Assembly (NCBI GenBank): GCA_964187785.1
Contig: OZ076409.1
Coordinates: 7,690,001-7,754,000, forward strand
Direction: 5' to 3'
DNA from: Amphiscolops sp. MND2022
Lineage: Eukaryota
DNA: 64,000 nt
Shown: positions 1 to 13,145 of the stretch, piece by piece
How positions within the stretch are numbered: position 1 is the first letter of the stretch
Layout: every line of letters begins with the position of its first letter
Made by a program: the position numbers and the translations under genes
The notes under the pieces: model-generated
What the model was told of the DNA's origin: nothing
Database searches by the model: none
What the model saw: only the letters and a program-made list of their open reading frames with translations

Positions 1-2660
1 CGTCTGTCATCAATGCAATTTGATTGTTTGGAATCGGTTGTTGTAGTGCCAAGTCGCAGCATTTGCTTAGTGCTCGATTGATTTCTTCAAATTGCTGGAC
101 CACTTCTTCCGATACCAGGACTTTTTCGTCGCTCTTCAGCATCTTGCAGAATGGAGCAAGGCGTTCGGAAAGTCTTGGGACGTAGTTTCTGTAGTAGTTC
201 AAGAATCCCAAATATCATTGCCAGGCTTTTTTCGACTTCGGAAATTTGTTTTTTTTTTCAAGAAAGTTTTGAACATTGTGCCTCTGGGTTTGACGCCTTG
301 TGGGGTAATTGTTCGTCCAAGGAAATCGGTCTCTCTAGCATTGAAATGGCATTTGGGCATTGTCAATTTATGACCTGCTTCCTGAATGCATTTGAAGGTT
401 GCCCCCTGGTTAGCGATGAGATGATCAGCGTCGTTGGCGGCTGCGATGCCGATATCGTCCACGTACTGGGCACACTGGTCCGCTTTGATAACTTTATTAA
501 GGTATTCTCGCATGAAACAGGAGAACGCGGATAGCGCCCGACTGAGGCCTTGTGCCAAACGTCTGTAGGTAAATGTGCGGCTTGCAAAGTTGAAGGCTAA
601 CAATTCAATAGATCATTGGTCAGCCATCTGGAGGCAATGGTACGCCTGTGAGCAATCTAATTTGCAAAAGAGCTTTTTTCCTGCCATGTTTTGGGCGGCA
701 TCAACTAGGGTACTGACGGGATCAATATTGTTTATATAATCATCGGAAATTAGGTTTTTGATTTTTCTCAACGAGTCGGAGTTTCCCATTTGGCTTCTTT
801 TGCGCAAATATCGTGCTGGCGTATTTCGAAAATGGTACGTTAGTGATGATTCCATTTTTATGCAACATGGCTAGTTCGACTAGGATGTCATCCTTTAAGT
901 TTATTGGTGCTGGGTGGCTCTGACTATTGGCTGGGGAATCGTCCTTAGGTGTCAATTTCACCTTGAATTCCTCATTCATGAAATCTGTGTCTGGCGAAAA
1001 TATCATGGAATTCCACTAGTAGTTCTTCAATTTTTGCTTTTTCGTCCTTAATTAAATTGGAATCCTTGCAATCAAAAATTTCTTGGAATTGTGCCCCAGA
1101 TTCTTCATCTTTAGTCGGGTCTAGAGTCTCCAGGTCCTGTAGGGCCTGTGGTTCCCGTAGTATTCGTTTGTGGATTGGCGTGTGTTCCTCCGGGTTACCT
1201 GGATTTTCGGGAGTTGGGAACCATTAATTTTCTGTTTTCTGTTGACTTTTATTGGTTTTTATGAGACTGCTAACATAATGGACTGCCTGCTCTTGGTCAT
1301 TTTGTAAGAGATGCCAAGTTGATGCCAGATCGACCGGTTTGACGTACTTCATTTGTTCTGGCGTCATGACAGAGAAACTGGCAATATGAAGTCCTTTCTT
1401 GAGTTTGTAGGGGTGATCTGTGAAGTTGTTCACAGGAATCGATAAATTGCCATCGTTCAGCGTGACCAAAGCTGGGCAAAAGGTAAGGTCGCCTTTTTCG
1501 TGTAGGAGGTCACTTGTTTGCAGTATGCCAGTGACAGTGTTCTCAGGGTAGCGTAAGGAATTTGTCTTGATTAGGACTCTGTCATTTGGTGGAATTGTGA
1601 TTTCAGTTGGGTTGAGGATTGGCTCCAAAACATTGGAGGATTGATGATCAGCTGTTTTGAGCTGCATTGGAAAGAACGGAAAATTCAAAATTCCTTGCCT
1701 CATGTCCAAAACTGTATGGTTTCTCTGACGGAACATTAGCCCAATGATTGGTACCGTCAAATTCTCCATTACTATGAAGATTTCATGGAATTCGATATCA
1801 CCTACCTCAAATGTGAGCTCTATGGTACTTTTAGGAGTTTCTAATTGTCCATTTGCGACCATGATTTGAAAGTTCGGACCGGACCTTCCCGGATAACGGA
1901 CCGTGGTGAAAGGAGTCGTATTTTCCGGAGGTCCATTTCAGGAATTGCACTGGATAATGTCCCAGTGTCTATTAGGCAATCTTGGTCAATTCCCCAAAGT
2001 CCATTGGGAAGTACAACATACGCTTCTTGCATTTGAGGTTTATATTGGTTGACAGTGGTATGAAGTCTGGCTCACCTTCTTTGGTGATGAGAACGTTTTG
2101 GAATTGTTTCTCGTCTAGCAGTGGTTGTGGAGTCGTTTCATCTGTGTTTTCAGGATTCTCGGTTCCCAAGGGGTTTGGGAACACTGGGTGGTTGGTACCG
2201 TCATTCATCTGCCAATTTTCAATCAGCGCTCTTGTTTTCTTGTTATGAGTTATTGGAGGCTTTTCGTGGACTGTCGTATTATAGTGCTCAAGGTCGTCTA
2301 AGACATATTGGAATTGGAGTAGGTCCTGTTTATAGAACTCAGTGTCCCAATAGGGATCTCTGCCATAGTCTGGGTCGATATATGTTGGATTGTAGTCGTC
2401 AAATAAAGGAATGGGCCTAAATCGGGTAGTGAAGGTTATTGTGTAATCGGGATCCCAAGCAGGAATGAGTTTTTGAAACAAATGAGTGTTATTATAAGTA
2501 ATAATGATAATTTTTTCCATCTGCTGCTGCCAGACAACAGATAGAAGGGTAACCCATCAATTGTTGTTTGTAATGTAGAAACATTTAGTTGGAGAGTCCG
2601 ATTTGATGTATTGCCGGACAGACACTCGTTGGTCGTATTGGAGTCGTGGCGAAGCTAATT
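1..2660 (-). pseudogene. pol: pol remnant of element A (protease, dUTPase-like insert, RT)
   Basis: ORF pieces 1972-2520, 1841-2032 (LIDTGTLSSAI), 1224-1862, 740-1006, 613-855 and 199-603 (QYVDDIGIAA) are collinear with element D Pol. Boundaries approximate. Confidence 0.9.
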
Positions 2661-4353
2661 TTTTTATTCGTCTTTCTTGGATGAAGATTGAGAGATGGAC
2701 GATGTTGGGTTATGGTTGGGCTTTGAGGCTTTTGAGTCGGGATCGTTATCAGACGAGTCCTCAGGTCTGGTGCGCTTAGGTTTAAGATGTGCCCCGGCAC
2801 CTTGCCAACATCGTTCCTCTGGGTGGTTGGTTTTGCTGCAAAACCCGCATTTGGGAGAGGTTTTCTTCTGAGTAGTTTTGCCTTAATGGGCATCTTTTTC
2901 TTTCTTCTTTTTGAGTTTTTCACAGTCTTTGACCATATGGCCCTCTTCCTTGCAGTAATTGCAGGTTTTAGGGCTTAGATTGGCAGTTTTAGGCTTAGAT
3001 GATGAGGCTTAGATGATGGTCATCGTTGCCATGGGTACGTCATCTGACTCCTCAAGGGCGTTAAGCTCTAGTTCTCTCTCTAAATGAGCAAAGATTTCGT
3101 CATTTGAGCCATTTTCTAATCTGGCCATGTTGACTGATCGCTTCAATTTCGGCGGCACTTTCGCGTATAGGAGACTGTCAATCATTTTTAGGGCGTTGTC
3201 TCCAAACGCATTTTCTGCGCCTTGGTTTAATTCCTCAAGGAAGTCTGGTAGCTTCATTGTCTTAGGGTCAAAAACCAAGCGGTGACATTTGTGTTTGGCA
3301 GTCGTTTGCGATTCAGACTTGAGGTATTTTCGTCTAAATATGACTAATACGTCTCAAGAGTTTGTCTATTAGCCGTGCTGATGTTCTTGAATGTTTGCAG
3401 AGCGTTCTTTCTCAATAGTGAATGAAAATGGGTAATTGTCATCTGCTCAGACATCTCAGGTTGCATCTTGATCATGAAGAGATCTTCGAACAGCTCAAAT
3501 TTCTCACTTTTCCCGTCAAAGGTCATTGTACTAGAGTTGACCGGGCGTATAGTGAGTTGTTGGGCCGCTGGCCGATTCTGCATACTTGTCAAGACGTCTG
3601 CTAGTCGGCTAATGGGGTCTGATTCTACAACCGGGCGGGTCTGTCTTGTGCTGGGATCGTCGTGTAAAGATTCAGATCATCGTAAGATTGGTTGAGATGA
3701 TTCCTTGATGGCATTCGTCCTGTGAGAAACTCAGGAACGTGGATTGGAGATTCGTTTTCTCCTGTCACCATGTTGTAAGCACGCGTCTGAGGTTGACTTA
3801 CATTTTGATAATCAACACGCTGCTCACTCCTAGCATTCTTCTTGGCCTTCTCGCCATAGGTTTCTTCGGAGCTAACTCCCGGTCTCTGAGACGGAACGTT
3901 CCACCTGTTTTGTGTCAAGTGTCCTGACCCGGCATTCAGGGCGGTTTGAATCTGGGGCAATATCTGATTACTTGATGCATCACTGATAGCCCTTTGGATC
4001 TGGGCGTTAACACTGCCCATCATCTCATCTAATTCTCTTGATAACCTCGAGTTCAATTCGCTTGACAGTCTGTTTATCGCAGCACTAGAATCAGCAGTGG
4101 CTGAATTATGATCAAACTGGGTGCAATTACCAGAGTTAATAACTCTTGGGTGTACATGAATGTTTTCCTGATCGTTTTCAAAACCATTACTAATGGTACT
4201 TCCCGGCCTTCTAGCTAAGTTGCTATTTAAGCTCTCCCCTTTTTCGCTTGTACCAAAGTGGTCTCCTCCTAACATAACATATAGATTTTTGATGTCCGAT
4301 AACATTTCGAGTCCCTTGATTTTCTAGCTTTCTTTTGATTTCTAGTAGTAGGC
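2660..4353 (-). pseudogene. gag: gag remnant of element A
   Basis: ORF pieces 3625-4305, 3344-3592 and 3009-3278 (KLPDFLEELNQGAE...HLERELELNALE) align by eye with element D Gag. Boundaries approximate. Confidence 0.85.
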
Positions 4354-4413
4354 CTTGAAGAAAATCCAAGCAAAATAATAAATTGTCTTGATTGGAAAAC
4401 GTGAATTTTACCA

Positions 4414-5196
4414 TGTACTTCTAATGAATAATTTAGCAAACTGAACAGTGGATAGCAAACTCAGACCTAATTCTCCCTCAAGAAAACATTGGTTTATATA
4501 CTCCTGAGAGGGTGACAATCACATTTTTCACATATAACACGGGTAAAAATAATATACCTAAGAGCATAACATTGCACATTTCCTCTAAAGCAAACAATCC
4601 TTGGGAATTACAACAACGACATTTCATTGAATATCAGAATATTAGCCGCAACTACAAACAAATTAACGTACATCAACAAATCTACTCATTTCAAGAATGT
4701 AAACAAATACTTGATACTACGAAAGGAATGCAACATTGGCACGTTTCCCCACGTGCGCTTTATCAAATCAAGTTAAGTTTCAAAGTATATGATTACATGC
4801 GTGAGCTTTTATAAGGCCCCAGTTCATCCAGATAAGTTCAATACTGCGCTGGACAAAGTAGATCATAAAAAAACATTTTAGCATAAGGAAGACAACATTT
4901 TACACAATTGAGCCTGAATAGTCCAATTACCTCAATGTCAAGTAAGCGTCATCAAAGATAGGTCAAACGTCCTTAATCGTCTCAAGGTATCAATTCAAGG
5001 CAGTGAAAGTTAGCCTTTCATCAGAGTGGATATACAGTACTAGAGTACTAGTTTTAATCAATCAAAGGAATAGCTGGTACTAGAGCACCGAATACATGAA
5101 GTGGCCGGAATCGGCCGTTTGACTAAGGTACCAGCTACGCGCTGTGTGATTACGTCAAAGAACCTTATTAGGCCATTAATTAAGTATATTCCAACA
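4414..5196 (-). repeat. Probable 5' LTR of element A (~783 bp)
   Basis: On the minus strand it begins TGTTGG and ends AGTACA, followed directly by TGG (PBS-like start) just upstream of gag. TATA-like boxes inside. The partner LTR is outside the window, so the ends are unverified. Confidence 0.55.
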
Positions 5197-5804
5197 CAAC
5201 AAACACGGCATTTTGATTGGCTAAGGCTACGTGCTCAAGTGACGCTTCCGGACTAGTGCGTTGCGTCACTTGAACTCGTTTCCTTTACTGCCGTATTGTT
5301 GTACTTTGCTAGCATTGCATCAATTCATACACAGCATCTAATCACCAAACTTCAACACTTTGATTTGGCTAATCGAACAGTACTTTTTAACAGACTAATA
5401 ACAACTGTATGTAAAACAAAACATGATTCGGAACAGAATTACTACCAAAACTTTTGGTCTAGCTCGGTGTACTCTTCTCCAGAAAACCGCTATCGCTTCT
5501 CAATAAAATTTTCCTCTATTCCGTTGTACAGCCGGTCCTTGGTTTCCAGAATTCGATTCAAAGTTGAAATGATTGATTATTTCCATTGAGCAACATTTTT
5601 TATATTTTCTTCAGGGTGTATCATTGATCTCATCATAGCATTTGACAAGAGCCAGTTTTCCATCCATTGTACGTTGCGCTCTCATTGAATTTGTGGGAGC
5701 CATTACTTCAACATAGACAGTATTGTTTGCTATGTGAAAAAACTGAATTTGCACAAGTTTGTAGCATGTGGTACAGTACAAGTATTTGAGATGATTACGC
5801 AATA

Positions 5805-6610
5805 CCGAGATTTTCGATCTATGCGAATCTGTGTAGATCTGCAGGATTTTTGCAGAACTTTGCAGGTATGTGCAGATTCGAAGAAAATGACCTACTCAGA
5901 AACACAAAAAAAACCACAGTGATATCCAACAAATAAAAACAATGTTCAAAACTGGTGACAAGTCTCATTTATGTACAAATGATGAATCATTTTTCTGCTG
6001 CAATCTGTACAGATCTGTAGAGACTACAGATCTTGACAGAGCCAAACAAGGACCAATAAATTACTATAACGTATTCCGAATCCCACCAATTACTAAAATT
6101 ACTCCAACAAATCATGTTCCCGAATTATCACAACAACAACGTTTTATCAACACATACAGCAACCCAGAAGGTTGCCAGATGTCAAATTTCATCCGTCAAA
6201 ACGAAGTCAAAATGGCAAACGAGCCTCTCAAAGTTCAACAACCACTACTAGAATGTTCAGGTGAAATGGATAAATTACAGTGTATAACCAATACCGCATA
6301 TTCTCCAGTCACCAAAATTACCATCATAGGGACAAACTGTCCTTCTCGTTCTCGAACGTTTTCAGTGACGGATAGTTTCAACTTACTGAACCTTGGTCTG
6401 CTAAAATACTTAACAAATGAGTTAAGAAGTCCAAAAATGCAGTATACTGGTTCCTTAGAAGCTGCAGAAAATTTTATTTCTGCAAAAACTTCTGTGTAAA
6501 GATTCTGCAGATCTGTATGGTTTTTCAAGTTTTCGTGCAACGATCTTTGCAGAACCCTGCAGAAAAAATTCTGCAAATCTGCAAAGATTTGCAAAGGTCG
6601 AAAACCTGGG
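5805..6610. mobile_element. Non-autonomous TIR DNA transposon with TGCAG-rich imperfect TIRs, flanked by TA
   Basis: Left end CCGAGATTTTCGATCTATGCGAATCTGTGTAGATCTGCAGG matches the reverse complement of the right end, CCCAGGTTTTCGACCTTTGCAAATCTTTGCAGATTTGCAGA. TA on both sides. Confidence 0.65.
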
Positions 6611-6990
6611 TAGTGAGTAAATCTAACAAGTTTTATGTTCAAAAGAGACCTTCGTTTATGGTACGCATTAGAGAGAATTACTCTATGTTGAGGTTACGCA
6701 ATAGTGGGTAAATTTCAGTAAATAACCGAGCAAATATTGCTTAAGGATTTTATTCAACTATGCAGTATAGAGAATTACGAGAAGTACCGATAGAATACAA
6801 AACCGAGGTCCAACTGTATCGTTAACTTCTGTTTCTAGCTGTTGACGGTAGCGTTCTGTTAATTCCTTGTCGGGTGTCTTTTCCGTCAGGCCAATATGAC
6901 GTGTCATCTTCACATATTGCTAGAAGCGCTTTCACCTGGTTTTTGAACTCGTGCTGTCCAGTTTTTTTTAAGGTACAGAATTGATTTTTT

Positions 6991-7431
6991 TTTAGTTTAC
7001 GCATTTTAAGAAAACGAGCCCGACTATTACAGTGGCACGTTTTTTTTCTTTTTTTTCTTTTTTTTTTTCGTCAGGTAACAGAATGTATGCGGAGCTCCAC
7101 TAGTGGACACTTTTTCTACAACTACTAAACTATACTGGACCGTCAAGCGGAAATCCATCTAAGTTAGTGCAAAGGGTCCCCCCTTTGGTGTACTCAATTT
7201 TTAACGTAAGATACAAAACCGGACAGGACAACAGAGTCCCCCTTTGATTTTTTTCGGCACTGTGCGACTTGTTTTTCGATTTTTTTTTGTGGCCGAAGGG
7301 TCCCACCTTCAATCAATTTTTTTGATATTTTGCCACCAACTGGATATTCAAAAAGTCGGAAAAAGTTCCCCCTTTTACGATTTTAAAAACTTTGCGCTTT
7401 TTCAGCCTTAGATATAGCGCCGACTTTAGAC
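6991..7431 (+). mobile_element. DINE-1/HINE-like interspersed repeat, copy 1 (3'-truncated)
   Basis: Shares GAGCCCGACTATTACAGTGG, GGGTCCCC blocks and AGATATAGCGCCGACTTTAGAC with the copy at 10330-10742. Confidence 0.6.
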
Positions 7432-7439
7432 ACGCTGGC

Positions 7440-8300
7440 ACGCGCCTAAACCTATGAGCATCAATTTCCATTAGACAACTGTTGTATTCGAATTGACTGC
7501 TAAATGTTTATCAGAGAATATTGCTTTTTACTTCATCTACTATACTAAATTGTTGCAAGAGACAATTCGGAGAGACCTCAAGAACCGGTTTTTGAAAGAG
7601 AAGGTCAGATGATATCACCAAGTTCGCGTATCTCAATGTTATGTGTTGCCTGAAATATTGGAAAATTTTAAAAATCAAAATGGTTCAAAATGATAACAAA
7701 TGACCTGAAAAAAGACAATATTGAAATTACAATAAATACAGACAATACGATCGTTCTCCATTATTGTTTCCAAAATCTTTCGCTAAACGTCGGCACGAAA
7801 TCAAAGGATAGTATATTCCTATCAAAGGAAGGAATATCAAAGGATTTCCTTAACTCTAGTCTGATAAACTTATCGTGCATTCCAAGGATAGCCAAAACAG
7901 CGCATTGGCAAAACATTGATACGAACGTTCTAGACATGTATGTCAGAAAATTATGGAATAATAGGCAACTCCATCGACAAAAACGTCCTTCGACAAAAAT
8001 TACATCTACCTCTTTATTATGAACGCTTACCTTAATAAACAAGAAAAATGGCTCAAAAACTTGGTACCTCACCCCCTTTGTTTTGCATGTGAAAAAGAGT
8101 TTGAAAGTTGGCAACATCTTTTCTTTAGTTGCGAAAAAACCCAAAATATTAAATGTTTTCTTAACCTACGAAATTGGAAAGACATATGGTTAAACAAAAA
8201 CTCACTAGCACAGAAACTAGTTGTAGCACTACTTCTTTCATCATGGTCGGAATATGAAGGAAAATATTTGAAATATATCAAAGCTCGATGCCAAGTATAA
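7440..8300 (+). pseudogene. 3' remnant of a non-LTR retrotransposon ORF2 (L1/Tx1-like C-terminal CCHC zinc finger)
   Basis: ORF 8019-8300 contains CFACEKEFESWQHLFFSC...W, the CxxC-x-E-xx-HLFxxC motif typical of LINE ORF2 C-termini. Upstream ORF 7690-8022 is probably its frameshifted continuation. No RT motifs seen. Confidence 0.6.
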
Positions 8301-8647
8301 ATTTCGACCGATTACTTCACACAAAGCGATGATGCTATTCCTTTCAAGTAATTCTTTTCAATCTTTCACTCATCTTCTTTGCTATTATAATCTCACCAAT
8401 TTACACTCACCTTTTTCATGAAACTGACCAACCATGTTTATCTTATAACCGTGCTAATTTTTGTAGCTGTAGTGTAAAGTGTTTTTGATGTCTATATCGA
8501 GAAAGGTTAATTCAATTCTTTAGAAGCCTGAAATATTGGAAACACTATTACATAAGTAGAGGGTGGCTGGAATCGATTAGTGAATTGAATACTTAATGTA
8601 ACGTTGCATTTGGTACTTGTGAAACGGTAGCATATACTCATAGCAGG

Positions 8648-9104
8648 CAGGGGTGTTCAATTAATTGTTGCATAGCACAATTATTGCAAATAAACGATTA
8701 CAATAATTGATTTAACGACTCTCTTTTCCAACAATTATTGATTGCGCGTAATCCTGCGGGAAATTAATAATTGTAACATTTTTCCTGGATTCCGCCTACT
8801 TCGAGTGTGGCAGAGCGACTTTTTAGTCGAGCGAAATTTATGATGACTGATCATAGAAAAAAAATTCGCCAAGCATTTTTGAGTCTCAAATGTTTTTGAT
8901 GATAAGTAGAGTATTTGAACTCGTTTTGAGGTACAAGAAATTTTGTAAATTCAAGTTTCTTCATCCGTTTGTTCTCGAGCACAATAGTTTCAATTATTGA
9001 TTTTTCAGAAGTGAAAAATTAAATTATTGATTTTTGTCGACTTAGATTTAAATATATTGATTATTTTGAGTCAATATATAACAATATAATAATGAACACC
9101 CCTG
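8648..9104. mobile_element. hAT-type MITE (457 bp)
   Basis: Perfect 12-bp TIRs CAGGGGTGTTCA/TGAACACCCCTG. Perfect 8-bp TSD ATAGCAGG at 8640-8647 and 9105-9112. No ORF. Confidence 0.9.
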
Positions 9105-10329
9105 ATAGCAGGTCTTGAATTGACCTGATCTCGCTACGAAAGGTTTGATAGTGCCCCGAGGGTCAACCTAAACGGATAGTCGTGTCTTTAATGGCCACAT
9201 GCAATTAACGAGGTAATTATAGTGAGGCTTTTTATACAGAAAACTCGGACGTTTAGAAACTTCAGGGAATTTTCACATCTTGGGTCGCTTTCCACGCAAT
9301 CTCCATGAATTGTAATTTCCCGAGCACAATTTCGCAAAATATCAAAAGTCAAAAATGAGCAGCATTTTTAACTTTCGAGATATTCGTTCGATTTGAAATT
9401 TAAAACTATCGGTTTAGTTGTGATCGAATTTTCAGGGGTTTTGATCTCAAAACCTTTTTGTTAAATGATAAGCAACGTTTTTTGCGATTTCAAATTTTTC
9501 ATCGAAATCGATGAGATTTCGGTACCCTAATGCATCGTATAATTTCATGTTTGTTCAGCCGGTTTAAGCTTATGCAGTATTTTCTGATTGAATAAAATCA
9601 TCATCTTGTTTTTTTCATTGACATATTTGATTTTGTCTTGTTGATGGTTTTGGGTGGTTTATGGCTCAAAAGCAAAAGCATCAAAACTAATCTTGATTGC
9701 GTGAACAAGCATGCCGGGGAAAGTTCAGATAACGCTTTTAGAAGCGATTTCCAGAAAACAGCCAAAACAGGAATGTAATTTGTATTGGTGATAAGATTTG
9801 AATCACGGAAAACTATTAGCGCAAAAATATTTACAATTACTTATCTTTTCTAATTTTTATCTACTGATTCGCAATTGAAGTTGATTGATGGTTCTATAAA
9901 AGGTATGACAGCTATCCTAAAGGTCACCGACTCACGATTGCTTGTTCAGCGTTCGCCCCGAGAAATTTTCACTTCAATTATTGTATCCAACAGTAGCGTT
10001 CTAAAAAAATTAAATTTCTAATTTTTAATATCTAACAAACAAAAATCTAACGCTTAATGTAAAATGCCCAACGCCTGACTCCTATTCTTCAACCCCTAAT
10101 ATTTTACTCATCAGATTCACTGTCTTGTGGTTGACGCCAAAAATTTAAAAAAAAAACAAATTTCTCTGAGCAAAATCTGAATTTTCAATTTTTGCCGCTG
10201 TTCCCTCGCCCAGAATTTTACTTCGTTTTTATTCCGGTTTTGGTATCAAAAGGTGAATTTCTGTTGTTTTTAATGTTGTCTTGTCCTGTTGCATTATCGT
10301 TATCTGTGATCGGTATCTTTTCCTGGTTT

Positions 10330-10742
10330 TTAGTCGGCGTTTTTCTAGTGAAAAGAGCCCGACTATTACAGTGGCCAGTTTTTTTCTTTTTTTCCGTCAG
10401 ACCACAGACCTCTTGGTGAATGTACCGCTTTTTAGTACAAACTTTACTCGGTTTACGGTGAACCCAGCGGTCACGGGTTCGAGTCCTTGTTTTAGCCAGA
10501 AACTTTTTCGAGCATTTGTGAAAGCGGACGAGACTGAAGGGTCCCCTCTTTCATTTTTTCGGCACAGTGCGAATTTTTGAATTTTTTTGTATCCAAAGGG
10601 TCGGTCCCCCTTCAATTTGTTTGATATTTTGCAACAAACTGGATTTTCAAAAAGCCCGAAGGGTCCCCCTTCTACAGTTTTAAAAACTTCGCGCTTTTTG
10701 AGCATTAGATATAGCGCCGACTTTAGACGTTCCCTTCTTGTT
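10330..10742 (+). mobile_element. DINE-1/HINE-like (non-autonomous Helentron-like) repeat, copy 2
   Basis: 5' TAGTCGGCG with a nearby partial inverted copy CCCGACTA. Subterminal CGCCGACT, a short 3' hairpin-like stretch and terminal CTTGTT. T-rich flanks, no clear TSD. Confidence 0.6.
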
Positions 10743-10976
10743 ATTATTTAGTTGATCTTGATTTTTGCTGAGTAGTGTTAGTTTTTCGTTTTCGTTTTTT
10801 CTTTTTTATGTGTTGTATTTTTTTGGACGACGCGTACTGAGACGAAACGTTAATAGTTTTAATTCAACTGTTTCCAGACGTGTTAACCGAAAAGTGACTT
10901 ACATATTAAACACGACTAGGTAATGATCCCTGAAATACAAAACTGCGTGGTTTCTTTCAACAAGGAAAGTCGGTTA

Positions 10977-11459
10977 TGCGGCATAGCGCTCATATCAAGC
11001 GACAACTCATATCAATTCAAAAATGCGACAACTCATATCAAGCGATTACTCGTATCAATTTGGAAAAAATGACAACTCATATCAAGTTTGTCTATAGGTT
11101 ACAAATACCTAAATTGTAATAATACCTAATTGTAATAATTTATACTTAACTACAATTAGAAATTCTAAAGAATATTTGAACTTACTTTCAATTATTTTCT
11201 CTGCAACTTTTTAATGAAGTCGTGATAAGAGAGTGATTATCCATAATTATTCTAATAATTATTCATCAATTAAATAACTTTCTCTAATTATCTAAGTAAA
11301 TATTTACATTGAATTTTCCCATGTAGACTTTGACTTTCTGATATGAGTTTTGATTGAAATATGTCGCTTGATATGAGTTTTCGCTTGATATGAATTGTTG
11401 TCGCTTGATATGAGTTGTCGCTTGATATGAGTTGTCGCTTTATACGAGTTGTCGCCGTA
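10977..11459. mobile_element. Foldback-type element with tandem ~17-bp subrepeats in long inverted arms
   Basis: Left arm repeats GCGACAACTCATATCAA and right arm repeats TTGATATGAGTTGTCGC around an AT-rich core. Ends approximate. Confidence 0.7.
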
Positions 11460-11624
11460 CGGTTTATGCATCCTCAGAATCTTGTTTCCAGCTACAGATC
11501 ATGGAATGACTTCTATATCTCTCAAAAAAACCTAAAATATTTGGCTCCGAATCTCCCGATGAGTCGTCTGTGTAATTTGTTTTCCATGTTCTGTGAGTAC
11601 GCCCTTGTAAATGTCTTTCTTTCC

Positions 11625-11960
11625 GAACTTATTGCAGCTCGCATTAATGCGAGAAGTTTTTGTACCGGGCTCCAATTTGTTGAGTTGCAAAATCAAGTTG
11701 GTCGAGTACTGTTGATTTTGCTTTTTTCGCTTGTGTTCCGTTTTTTTTTTTTGCCATTTCATGTAATTATCTCATTTGGTTTTATTCGCCAAATTTAATG
11801 CAACCGGCCTTGTTTTCTCTTCTTTTGTTCTTCATTCCAAGGTGCTCTACTTTATCAATTCGATTTGTTTTTCGACCCCATAATTTACAAATGGGGGCGG
11901 AAAATCATGATCTGTGATGAGTTTTTTTTCCAAATTTTGCCAAATCTCCACAATCTCCAC
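11625..11960 (+). repeat. Uninterrupted paralogue of the element B insertion site
   Basis: Matches 13198-13326 joined directly to 31652-~31866, with no LTR at the T-run. Confidence 0.85.
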
Positions 11961-12010
11961 CTTTTGACTACTTGACTATTCCTTGACTCGATGAACATAA
12001 TTCAAGTATT

Positions 12011-12058
12011 CTCTGTCTCTCTCTCACTTTCTCTCTCTCTCTCACTCTCTCTCTCTCT
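12011..12058. repeat. Imperfect (CT)n microsatellite
   Basis: ctctgtctctctctcactttctctctctctctcactctctctctctct. Confidence 0.85.
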
Positions 12059-12070
12059 TAAAGTAAAAAT

Positions 12071-12185
12071 GGGAATAAGATCTAAAGGGAATAAGATCTA
12101 AAATTTCAGGACGGGAATAGTATATGAACGGAATAAGATCTAAAATCACTATGTTTCAGATCTTATTCTTTAGATCCTATTCCCC
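12071..12185. repeat. Small inverted-repeat element built from GGAATAAGATCTAAA units
   Basis: GGGAATAAGATCTAAAGGGAATAAGATCT pairs with AGATCTTATTCTTTAGATCCTATTCCC. The left part recurs at ~13152-13198. Confidence 0.6.
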
Positions 12186-12507
12186 ACTCCCAAAATAGCT
12201 ATGGCTCAGTTGGTGAAGGCGGACAGGGCGGAAAATATCCCGGTGCTTAGCGGGCGTCTTGTTTTTATTCTTTCCAGTGTTTCGTTTCTTTATTTTGGCC
12301 AGTATTTCTTGTCGATAAATTCAGTCATAATTTTGGACAGAAGTTTTGTCGCTGATATCGTTGTGGTAATGCATTCTCTTTCTGTTTCAATTAATCTTCG
12401 GCAGAAAAAAACTAGCGTTTCAAATTCTGTCTCGTTTGCACAGAAGAAACCTCCAGTTTTTTCCTTTAGTTTTCGTTTTGGTAGATAGTCTTCTCTGGAT
12501 ATTTTGA

Positions 12508-13145
12508 TCAGTTCGCTTTTTCCTTCTTTTCATGAACTTCGTGAATTTCTGTTTCTTTCCTGGTTTGTCTGGTATCTGGCATGTCTTCCCGTTTTATCAG
12601 CAGGTTATTATTCATTTTTTGTTCTCTTATTGCGAATTGTCGTTCGTATTTCTCAAAGATGATTAGTTCAAAATAATTGATGTTAAATGAGGTAAGATCT
12701 CTGTAGTGTTCATGTTTGTTTTTATTACTAATTATGAATTGTAAAAATTCAGTTTCCGTTAGTACTTGAGCAAAGTTGACGTAAGCGTTTTGATCTTGTT
12801 GTTCCCATACTAATTGGTAAAAATATCTGAAGAATTTTAATAGAAAGTGTGAAAAGATTTTTATTTGTGGTACTGTATCTTCATTTAATATAATGTTCTG
12901 GAAGAATCTGTATTGGAAATGTTTAATTTGTAATATATCTTGTTGCAACCAATAGTGAGGGTTATCATGTCGCTGTATTTTTGTTTCAAGATCTGGTACT
13001 TCAAAGAAATCATGTTTTTCTTTGAGATTTTCGAGATGAGAAGGAAGATAATATTGTGTGTCTAGATTTTAATTGTGTTCTATAAGTTTGTCCAAATAAG
13101 TAATGAAAACATCTTGTATAGAAAGATTTATATTTTGTGGGTGAA
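12508..13145 (-). pseudogene. Fragment of an element-B-related ORF (pre-gag region) in antisense orientation
   Basis: QQDILQIKHFQYRFFQNIILNEDTVPQIKIFSHFLLKFFRYFYQLVW...DQNAY aligns with the element B translation at ~15975-16210 (QTNIIQIQSFSYHYLKDITLNEQSISQIKLISLFLRKVFRFNHQIIW...DQAAF). Confidence 0.75.

Larger units (their letters stand above)
1..5196 (-). mobile_element. Element A: decayed Ty3/Gypsy LTR retrotransposon (5' half; continues beyond window start)
   Basis: Minus-strand ORF fragments run gag, protease (LIDTG), RT (FCKLDCSQAYH, YVDD), start of RNase H. Many stops and frameshifts. Protein fragments closely resemble element D (e.g. FDGKSEKFELFEDLF vs FNGKNEKNEKFEYFEDLF). Confidence 0.92.

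Noticed and set aside
5942..6499. 185-aa ORF as a transposase or host gene
   Set aside because: No DDE or DNA-binding motif recognised; it lies inside a short non-autonomous TIR element.
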